Shown here: positions 56,558 to 64,000 of the stretch, piece by piece | Position numbering within the stretch: the stretch's first letter is position 1 | Layout of the letters: each line of letters starts with the position of its first letter | Assembly: GCA_964411375.1 (NCBI GenBank) | Contig: CAYPKR010000002.1 | Span: 129,960 to 193,959 of the forward strand | Origin: an uncultured Candidatus Saccharibacteria bacterium | GTDB taxonomy: Bacteria; Patescibacteriota; Minisyncoccia; Phycocordibacterales; UBA12088 | Length of the DNA: 64,000 nt | Direction: 5' to 3' | Position numbers and translations under genes: made by a program | Notes under the pieces: model-generated | The model's input: only the letters and a program-made list of their open reading frames with translations | Told to the model about the DNA's origin: nothing | Database searches by the model: none

Positions 56558-57823
56558 TTAGTAACTCTTAAGTTGCTTCGCCTTGTCATGCGTGCGAATC
56601 TTATCAATCGCCTTCGCTTCAATTTGGCGAATACGTTCGCGAGTCACACCGAATTCTTTTCCTACTTCTTCGAGTGTGTGATAAATGCCGTCTTCGAGTC
56701 CATGACGCATTGCGAGAATTTTTCGCTCCTTAGGACTAAGGTCATCGAGAATTTCTTTGATTTGATCGGCAAGGATGCGGCGTGCTGTTTCCTGATCAGG
56801 AAGCAAGATTTTATCATCCGCAATAAAGTCGCCGAGCGTCGTCTTGTCGTCATCATCACCGATTGGAATTTCAAGAGACACTGTATCCTGATTGATTTTC
56901 TCAATCATATGAATCTTATCGACTTCGACATTCATTTCTGCCGCAATTTCTTCGGGAAGCGGATCACGACCGAGGTCTTGCGAAAGTCTTCGGTAGACCT
57001 GCTTGTATTTTGCGATCGTTTCAACCATGTGAACGGGAATACGAATGGTGCGCGATTGATCGGCAAGCGCGCGAGTGATCGCCTGACGAATCCACCACGT
57101 CGCGTAGGTGGAGAATTTGTAGCCCTTGGTGTAGTCGAATTTATCAACCGCCTTGAAGAGACCGAGATTTCCTTCCTGAATGAGGTCGAGGAGTGTGAGA
57201 TCAGGAGAGCGACCAATATATTTCTTTGCGATCGAGACGACGAGACGGAGGTTGGCACGTGCAAGGAGATTTTTTGCTTCGATATCGCCTTCCATCACGC
57301 GCTTTGCGAGTGTGCGCTCTTCTGAAGTTGAAAGAAGTGGGTACTGACCGATTTCTCGAAGATACATTTGGATCGAGTCGTATGCAGAATCGCCGCCGCC
57401 CCGCTTGTAGCTATTTCGCTTATCGAGCATTGCATCCGTTTCGGTATCATCCAAAAGATTGCCGCCTTCAAGAATATCGATTGAGGCAGTGTTGAATTTT
57501 TCGTAGAGATCATCGAGGAACATGACATCTTCCTCAATCTTTGGAAATTCTTTGAGAATTTCATCGTAGGTTACGTAGCCGCGCTCTTTTCCTTTTACCA
57601 AGAGGCGCTCTGCTTTGACCGCGATCTCATCTTTGGAAAGTTTTTTTCCGGGAATCGATTTTGGTTGGTTTTTTGCATTTGCTTTTGGCGCAACCTTTTT
57701 AAGCGGTTTTTTGGAAGCCACTTTTGGTTTTTTCACGATCTTCTTTGCCGGCTTTTTTGGAGCAGATTTCTTTGCGGCTTTTTTGATCGGTTTCTTTTTA
57801 GTTGCCTTTGCTTTTTTTGCCAT
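56558..57823 (-). CDS. rpoD: RNA polymerase sigma-70 factor with a Lys/Ala-rich basic N-terminal tail
   Basis: Regions 1.2-4 are present ([31 protein letters not shown], region 4 HTH). The first roughly 60 aa are [18 protein letters not shown]... Confidence 0.9.
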   Translation of the reverse strand: MAKKAKATKKKPIKKAAKKSAPKKPAKKIVKKPKVASKKPLKKVAPKANAKNQPKSIPGKKLSKDEIAVKAERLLVKGKERGYVTYDEILKEFPKIEEDVMFLDDLYEKFNTASIDILEGGNLLDDTETDAMLDKRNSYKRGGGDSAYDSIQMYLREIGQYPLLSTSEERTLAKRVMEGDIEAKNLLARANLRLVVSIAKKYIGRSPDLTLLDLIQEGNLGLFKAVDKFDYTKGYKFSTYATWWIRQAITRALADQSRTIRIPVHMVETIAKYKQVYRRLSQDLGRDPLPEEIAAEMNVEVDKIHMIEKINQDTVSLEIPIGDDDDKTTLGDFIADDKILLPDQETARRILADQIKEILDDLSPKERKILAMRHGLEDGIYHTLEEVGKEFGVTRERIRQIEAKAIDKIRTHDKAKQLKSY

Positions 57824-57885
57824 ATAGAAATTTAGATAAATAGAGAGAAATGCGCTACGAGAAAGCGCACCAGAAGGCTATAATG

Positions 57886-59628
57886 CTATATTTTCGCCTG
57901 TTTTGCAAGTGTTTTTGAGAGTGTATGGATTTCGGTAAGTAGACGCTCGGTCTCCCCTTTTTCTCCAGCCGCTTCGGCATCGCGAAGCATTCTTTCCTTT
58001 TCTCGAAGCGTATCTTTAAGAACATCAACACGAAGACGCTCTAACATTTCCTCAATAATAGGAGAAGGCTGTTTTTCTGAAAGTACTTGGTCTCCCTCAA
58101 ACAACGCTTCCGCATCATCTTCCGCACGAGCGACTACCGTCGCAATCTTTTCTTCACCGATAATATTGGCAAACAAGGATGAGACCGCTTCCCTATCGAA
58201 GGCTGGTTCAGTTTTTGTAGATTCCGAAAACAAGAGTGCGGCGATAAGTCGAATGATACGCTCACGGGAATTAATTGCCGGTGGGCGAGCGGATGGTTCA
58301 GATACTTCATCTGATTGCGTATCTTGAATGACATTTGCAGATACCGTGCGAAGTTCGTCCCACACTGCTTCCTCGCGAACACCAAGAAATGTTGAAACTT
58401 TTCCAACAAAGTGTGCTTGATCCAAGGGACTCGCAATACTTTTGATGAACGGAAGTACCACTTCCTTCGTGCGCATCTCTCGCTCGCGTGGCGGCAAGTT
58501 TTCTGCCGCAATTCTTCCGATGTGAAAATCAATCACTTGTTTTGATTCGCGGATCGCTTGCTTCCAAAGATTTGGGTCTTCCTTTACGGCGTCTGCCGGA
58601 TCTTTGCCCGACGGAACACTGGCGATTTTTACATCCATTCCTTTTTGGAGCGCGAGTATTGCTCCTCTTGTTGCTGATGCAATTCCTGCAGAATCAGCAT
58701 CAAATGCCATCACCACATTTTTTGATAGCCGAGAAAGGAGTTCGAGGTGCTGATCGGTGAGACCAGTTCCTGAAACGGCAACGGTGTTGGGGAAACCACC
58801 CTGATGCGACATAAGAAGATCCATTTGTCCTTCAACGAGAATAGAAAAGTTGTAGCGACGAATCGCATTCTTCGCTTTCGAATATCCGTAGAGAACCGCG
58901 CTTTTGTTAAAGAGCTCTGTTTCTGGACTATTCAAATATTTGGGTGCTTTGCCGGAGTGATCATCGGGAAAGAGACGACCAGAAAATGCAATCACTCGAT
59001 CGCTCGTGTCGAATATCGGAAACATGATACGCGAGCGAAATCGATCGTATGGTTCACTGTTTGAACCATCCTCATCACTTTTTTTGATGAGTCCAACTGA
59101 TAACAATTCCTCATCCGTAAATCCTTTTCCTCGTAGATAGGTACGAAGTATTCTCCAGTCCTTCGGCGCGTATCCTACTTTCCATTCAGTTGCGGTTTTC
59201 TCGAGTAGACCTCGTCCCGCAAGATATTTTTTGGCGTCAGAATTCTCCGCGTATTCACGCACAAAGAATTCGACCGCTTCATTCATTACTACGTACAAGC
59301 GGTCAGTTTTCTTTCGTTCTTCCGGGTTTTCGGGCGTAAGCTTTATCCCCGCCTTCTCTGCCAAAATTTTTAGGGCACCCTTGAAATCAACTCCTTCCAT
59401 TTCCTGAACGAATGTAAATGCGTCTCCGCCTTTTTGAGTCGAAAAGCAGTAGTAGGAATTTCGCTCGGGCGAGACAAAGAAGGATGGCGTTTTTTCCTTT
59501 TTGAATGGCGAAAGTCCTTTGTAGTTCTTCCCTGCCTTCGTGAGCTTCACGTACTGCCCCACTACTTCGACAATATTCAGCCGTTCTTTGATTTCCTGTA
59601 CCTGCAAATTCCCTGCCATACGGAGCAA
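57886..59628 (-). CDS. dnaG: DNA primase
   Basis: TOPRIM domain (EGQMD, DADSAG). RNA polymerase domain. N-terminal zinc-ribbon region with EKTPSF, but most Cys/His ligands are substituted. Confidence 0.88.
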   Translation of the reverse strand: MLRMAGNLQVQEIKERLNIVEVVGQYVKLTKAGKNYKGLSPFKKEKTPSFFVSPERNSYYCFSTQKGGDAFTFVQEMEGVDFKGALKILAEKAGIKLTPENPEERKKTDRLYVVMNEAVEFFVREYAENSDAKKYLAGRGLLEKTATEWKVGYAPKDWRILRTYLRGKGFTDEELLSVGLIKKSDEDGSNSEPYDRFRSRIMFPIFDTSDRVIAFSGRLFPDDHSGKAPKYLNSPETELFNKSAVLYGYSKAKNAIRRYNFSILVEGQMDLLMSHQGGFPNTVAVSGTGLTDQHLELLSRLSKNVVMAFDADSAGIASATRGAILALQKGMDVKIASVPSGKDPADAVKEDPNLWKQAIRESKQVIDFHIGRIAAENLPPREREMRTKEVVLPFIKSIASPLDQAHFVGKVSTFLGVREEAVWDELRTVSANVIQDTQSDEVSEPSARPPAINSRERIIRLIAALLFSESTKTEPAFDREAVSSLFANIIGEEKIATVVARAEDDAEALFEGDQVLSEKQPSPIIEEMLERLRVDVLKDTLREKERMLRDAEAAGEKGETERLLTEIHTLSKTLAKQAKI

Positions 59629-59829
59629 TTATACCACTTTGGAAATGGCCGTTCAGAGACTATAGACAAATGTAGTTATATATGTTTTTTAATGCGTAGA
59701 TATTTTTTGTGAAAAGCTTAACGCTTTGAAATTTGATGCCTGACGCGCTCAGACATATATTCCAGAGCATGATGCGATGGGGTCTCCGTCTCTTATCCAT
59801 AAGAGCCGGCCAGCAAGGAGTGCACATTC

Positions 59830-60210
59830 ATGTTGCGTCCTCTTGGAGTTGTTTTGCTCATTTCCGCCCTCCTCTTCTCGACCGCCATTCGTGCTGAAGA
59901 AGTGGTGGTCGGCGGGAAAATAGGCTTTCTCGGCGGCTCGGTATGCCAGAGTAAGTCTGACTGGGATAAGGTTGCCGCACTGGACAAGACTTCCCATCAA
60001 CAGGGCTTGGACTATCTCCATTCCCTCTACCAGATTTCCATCAACGGTATTCCGGAATGCGTGTATCTCTCGGATACCAGCTTAACAGTCTCTGTCCTTC
60101 ATGCCCCTATAACACTGGGCGGCAGAGTGTTCTGGTTGGTGGGGTTTCAAGGCCCTCACGACCTGACGTGGTACACCCTCGTTATGAGGCTCGACGAAGA
60201 TCCGGCATGA
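59830..60210 (+). CDS. Hypothetical secreted protein
   Basis: 126 aa. Signal peptide MLRPLGVVLLISALLFSTAIRAEE. Confidence 0.4.
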   Translation: MLRPLGVVLLISALLFSTAIRAEEVVVGGKIGFLGGSVCQSKSDWDKVAALDKTSHQQGLDYLHSLYQISINGIPECVYLSDTSLTVSVLHAPITLGGRVFWLVGFQGPHDLTWYTLVMRLDEDPA

Positions 60211-60721
60211 TCCAAGGCTGGCGTGTGAATATTCACACGCCAGCCTAACCCTTTTTATATATGTAATACCACCTCGGCTTCGGTCGGGGCGTTCTCGTTT
60301 TTGATATACTCAATCTAGAAAAGAGTTTTGAACTCGGGAGAGAAATCTGATGTGGAGATGGCTCAATAACCTACTTTTCGGAAATCCGCTCATGGAGACG
60401 AAGGAAGGCGAACACGAACGCATAGTGCGCAAAATGGCACTTGATGCGGCAGCCGGGCTACCTGTTCTCTTTCCTGGAGAAACAGAAAAGGAGCGTTTGG
60501 GATTACTAGAGGGCATGAAAAGAGGTGCGAGAGGTTCGGCACACAGGATTGCCGAAAGAGAAATACGGCACCGAAACCTTGCGCTCGGTCGAAAGATTGG
60601 AGAGCGTCGTTCAAGAATTATGATGCCCGAAGATTTAGATGCACTAGTACAGAAGGTCGCCATAAAAACACGCCGAGCGCTCCGAAGAACTCCGAAATGA
60701 TTTGTATCGGAAAGGCGAACC

Positions 60722-60757
60722 CGCGCCGACTTTTTCAAAAGTCGGCGCGGGATTCAC
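60722..60757. terminator. Intrinsic terminator downstream of rpoC (12-bp stem)
   Basis: cccgcgccgactttttcaaaagtcggcgcggg. Confidence 0.7.
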
Positions 60758-60776
60758 TTTTCAATATTCAATTGAT

Positions 60777-63700
60777 TTACTCAGAAGCAACTGAAACGCC
60801 GCCAGCCTCGCGAGGATCGTACGCCTGTTCAGCAGCAAGTGCCTCTTCGGTTGCGCGAATTTCTTCCTGAAGTTTAGCAACATGGTTGTGCTTCACGGAT
60901 CCGCCGTATCCGGTTCCTGCAGGAATGAGGCGACCGATGATGACATTTTCCTTAAGTCCACGAAGCGTGTCGACACTTCCCTTCACGGCTGCGCCGATAA
61001 GCACCTTGGTTGTGTTTTGGAATGAAGATGCAGAAAGGAAGCTCTTACGAGTGAGCGCAACTTCTGCGATACCGAGAACGAGGAGTTCCCCAACTGCAGG
61101 ATCACCACCCGCTACCTTTGCTTCTTCGTTCAACTTTTCAAGCTCCCAATCTTCGACGATGTCGCCGATGTTCAAAGCCGTTGATCCAGAATCTTTGATC
61201 TTTCGGCGAGAGAACATTTGCTTAACGATGACTTCAATGTGCTTGCGAGAAATCGTCACACCTTGGAGTTCGTAAATCTTTGATGTTTCTTGAATGATGT
61301 ATTCCTGTGCCGCTTCTTTGCCGCCATATTTGAAGAGCTCTTCAATATCGGCAGAACCGTCGGTAAGGAGCTGACCCTTCGTCACTTCTTGTCCTTCTTT
61401 TACGACAATCATGCGGCGGAAGTTTACCGAATATTCTGACATCTTACCTTTCTTTGCTTCGCCTTCAAGCGGTGTAACGACAATGATTTTTTCTTTGCCG
61501 TCGTCTTTGATTTCAGTTACGACACCATTCGTGTGCGAGACAACTGCCGGATTTTTTGGCATGCGAGATTCGAAGACTTCTTCAACACGAGGGAGACCCG
61601 TTGTGATGTCTCCACCGAGCGCCGCAACACCTCCAGAGTGGAAGGTACGCATAGTGAGCTGCGTTCCCGGCTCGCCGATTGCTTGTGCAGCAACAGTACC
61701 GATAGCTTCGCCAAGATCAACGAGTTCATTCGTGGTGAGGTCGGCGCCGTAGCAGTGCTGACACATACCGTACCCAGTCTTGCAGGTCATCGGACTGCGA
61801 ACCGTGACTGATTGAACACCTGATTTTTCGATCTTCTCTGCATCAGATCCACTGATCAAATGATTGCGATCAAAGAGTGTCTTGCCGGCTTCATCGGTAA
61901 CCGGCTTCGCGAGGAAGCGGCCTTCGATATTTTTTGCAAGCGGAATTTCAATACCGGATGCTGACTTTCGTCCGATCACCACTCCTTCTTTTGAACCACA
62001 ATCCGCTTCAGTGATGATTGCATTTTGTGCAACGTCGAAGAGGCGGCGTGTAAGATATCCAGCCTTTGCAGTGTTAAGCGCGGTGTCAGAAAGACCTTTG
62101 CGGGCGCCGTGCGTGGTGACGAAATATTCGATTGGCGAAAGTCCTTCCTTCATCGAAGCGAGAATTGGGAATTCGATCGTCTCGCCTTGCGTGTTTTGGA
62201 TGAGTCCTTTCATGCCGGCCATCTGGGTGATTTGTCCCATCGAACCGCGGGCACCTGATACAACGAGATCGTGCACCGATCCGTTTGGATCAAGCGTGTC
62301 GGGAATGAGTTTTTCGACATCGCTCTTTGCCTTGTGCCAAATTTCGATGATCATGCGGCGCTTTTCTTCGTGCGAAAGCAGACCTTCGTTGAATTGGTTG
62401 AAGACAACATCTTGTTTTGCTTTTGCTTCACGAACGATTTCCTTTTTCTTTTCAGGAATGTGGAGGTCTCCAATTGCCCAGGTAACACCCGAGCGTGTTG
62501 CATACCTAAAACCGAATGCCTTCACTTTGTCGAGCATTTCTGGAACACGACCGATGCCGTAGCGGTCGATCATTTCATTCGTAAGATTCAAGAGCGACTG
62601 CTTTTTAAGTTCTTCATTGAGGAATGGGAAATCGCTTGGAAGAACTGAGTTGAAGAGAAGTCGTCCAACCGATGTCTCGAATACTTTGCCTTCGAATGCA
62701 GCATATTTTGGAGAATCTGATGGAAGCACTTTGATTTTTGAGCGAAGTGCAATGTCGCCAAAGTCGTGCGCCATGATTGCATCATTTGGAGATGCAAAAT
62801 ACTTTCCTTCGCCTTTGTCGCCTGGAACTACTTTCGTCATCCAGTAACAACCAAGCGCGATGTCGAGCATCTTTGTTGCAACGACTGGGTCACCATTTCC
62901 TGGCTTCAAAATATTTTTAGTCGACGACATTATCTCCTTCGCTTCGAGCTGCGCTTCTTCAGAGAGCGGCACGTGCACCGCCATCTGGTCACCGTCGAAG
63001 TCTGCGTTGAACGCAGGACAAACGAGCGGATGTACCTGGATTGCGTTTCCTTCAATAAGAACTGGGCGGAATGCCTGGATACCTTGGCGGTGAAGCGTTG
63101 GTGCGCGGTTAAGAAGTACGTGCTTATCCTTGATTACTTCTTCAAGGATTGCCCACACTTCGGGAGTTCCTTCTTCAATCAAACGACCTGCGCCGCGAAT
63201 GTTATATGCGAATTCGCGTTCAAGAAGTTTTGCAATAACGAATGGTCGGAAGAGTTCAAGCGCCATGTGCTTCGGAAGCCCGCATTGATCGAGTTTGAGA
63301 TCAGGACCAACGACAATAACGGAGCGTCCTGAATAGTCAACGCGCTTTCCAAGCAAGTTCTGACGGAAATATCCTTGCTTTCCTTTCAAATAATCAGAAA
63401 GCGATTTGAGTGGACGACGCTGTGCCTGATTGATTGCACCAGCGGCAGTATTGCCATGACGAATTGAGTTGTCGAGGAGTGCATCAACTGCTTCCTGCAA
63501 GATACGCTTTTCGTTTCGAAGAATAACTTCTGGCGCGTGAATCTCAACGAGTTTCTTCAAGCGATTATTTCGGTTGATGACACGACGATAAAGGTCGTTA
63601 ACGTCAGATGTTGCATGACGACCACCTTCAAGTGCCACCATCGGACGAAGTCCTGGAGGAATAACGGGAAGCGCGGTGACGAACATCCATTCTGGACGAA

Positions 63701-64000
63701 CGCCAGAGGCAATCATCGAACGAACGAGTGAGAGACGCTTTGCAACTTTTGGACGATCTCCTGCGCCTGCCTTTTCGTATTGTGCTTCGAGTTCGACTTT
63801 GAGTTTCGGAAGATCAACTTTTTTCAAAATTTCAAAGACTGCTTCTGCACCGATTCCCGCTTCGAAGAGCGCACCGTACTTCATTGAGTGACGGTGATAG
63901 CTCATTTCGTCGAGCACTTGTCCGGGATTGATGTGTTCAATCTCTTCCTTTGCTCCGGTGAGCATTTCCTTCAGTTTCTTTTTGGTTTTTTCATCCTGCA
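60777..64000 (-). CDS. rpoC: DNA-directed RNA polymerase subunit beta' (C-terminal about 1070 aa; N-terminus lies beyond the window)
   Basis: NADFDGDQMAVHVPLS catalytic loop. Bridge helix, trigger loop and C-terminal regions. The reading frame stays open to the window edge. Confidence 0.95.
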   Translation of the reverse strand, partial: QDEKTKKKLKEMLTGAKEEIEHINPGQVLDEMSYHRHSMKYGALFEAGIGAEAVFEILKKVDLPKLKVELEAQYEKAGAGDRPKVAKRLSLVRSMIASGVRPEWMFVTALPVIPPGLRPMVALEGGRHATSDVNDLYRRVINRNNRLKKLVEIHAPEVILRNEKRILQEAVDALLDNSIRHGNTAAGAINQAQRRPLKSLSDYLKGKQGYFRQNLLGKRVDYSGRSVIVVGPDLKLDQCGLPKHMALELFRPFVIAKLLEREFAYNIRGAGRLIEEGTPEVWAILEEVIKDKHVLLNRAPTLHRQGIQAFRPVLIEGNAIQVHPLVCPAFNADFDGDQMAVHVPLSEEAQLEAKEIMSSTKNILKPGNGDPVVATKMLDIALGCYWMTKVVPGDKGEGKYFASPNDAIMAHDFGDIALRSKIKVLPSDSPKYAAFEGKVFETSVGRLLFNSVLPSDFPFLNEELKKQSLLNLTNEMIDRYGIGRVPEMLDKVKAFGFRYATRSGVTWAIGDLHIPEKKKEIVREAKAKQDVVFNQFNEGLLSHEEKRRMIIEIWHKAKSDVEKLIPDTLDPNGSVHDLVVSGARGSMGQITQMAGMKGLIQNTQGETIEFPILASMKEGLSPIEYFVTTHGARKGLSDTALNTAKAGYLTRRLFDVAQNAIITEADCGSKEGVVIGRKSASGIEIPLAKNIEGRFLAKPVTDEAGKTLFDRNHLISGSDAEKIEKSGVQSVTVRSPMTCKTGYGMCQHCYGADLTTNELVDLGEAIGTVAAQAIGEPGTQLTMRTFHSGGVAALGGDITTGLPRVEEVFESRMPKNPAVVSHTNGVVTEIKDDGKEKIIVVTPLEGEAKKGKMSEYSVNFRRMIVVKEGQEVTKGQLLTDGSADIEELFKYGGKEAAQEYIIQETSKIYELQGVTISRKHIEVIVKQMFSRRKIKDSGSTALNIGDIVEDWELEKLNEEAKVAGGDPAVGELLVLGIAEVALTRKSFLSASSFQNTTKVLIGAAVKGSVDTLRGLKENVIIGRLIPAGTGYGGSVKHNHVAKLQEEIRATEEALAAEQAYDPREAGGVSVASE

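Noticed and set aside
60310-60738. Minus-strand 142-aa ORF and plus-strand 116-aa ORF (60350..60700) between the secreted protein and rpoC
   Set aside because: The two are mutually antisense. Neither has an SD sequence or a motif. The plus-strand one is marginally more protein-like but unsupported, so it is not called as a feature.
61864-63332. Plus-strand ORFs of 125-232 aa inside rpoC
   Set aside because: Antisense to a highly conserved gene. Compositionally biased and without motifs.

Overview
This 64-kb window reads as a small, moderately A+T-rich bacterial genome whose housekeeping genes resemble a CPR/Saccharibacteria-like organism; that taxonomic placement is inference only. Supporting features are an rpoD with a Lys/Ala-rich basic N-terminal tail, a compact dnaG, a cyoABCDE quinol-oxidase operon, several GH130 enzymes and many secreted or lipoprotein genes. 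Two compositionally distinct accessory blocks are embedded in this backbone.

The first block (about 5.9-15.9 kb) is a defense/mobile island. It carries a roughly 1040-aa membrane-anchored KAP-family P-loop NTPase. This is divergently paired with a tightly coupled three-gene restriction-modification operon: a 59-aa excisionase-type HTH gene missed by the ORF track, a gamma-class N6-adenine methyltransferase with an N-terminal HTH (NPPW motif), and a PD-ExK endonuclease candidate. Next to it lies a higher-GC module with an OmpR-type winged-helix protein, small hypothetical genes and a large serine recombinase. The last codons of the recombinase overlap the 3' end of a tRNA-Asn(GTT) gene, the classic footprint of a tRNA-targeted integrative element.

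The second block (about 31.7-36.4 kb) is GC-rich and looks like a polysaccharide locus. It has a hyaluronan/chitin-synthase-like GT2 and two paralogous GH26-like lipoproteins with duplicated promoter motifs. A 1059-aa beta-helix protein with a C-terminal peptidase-S74 chaperone domain, resembling a phage tailspike, sits immediately beyond it at 36483-39662.

Further items:
- a GH130/cupin/HAD mannoside operon
- a SET-domain protein divergent from a hybrid histidine kinase across a 28-bp perfect palindrome
- a sphingomyelin-synthase-like PAP2_C protein
- Ung, DsbB/DsbA, UppP, TruB, HisS and CspA
- a UvrD helicase fused to a RecB-type nuclease
- a DnaG whose zinc-ribbon ligands are mostly replaced

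No CRISPR array or rRNA gene was seen.
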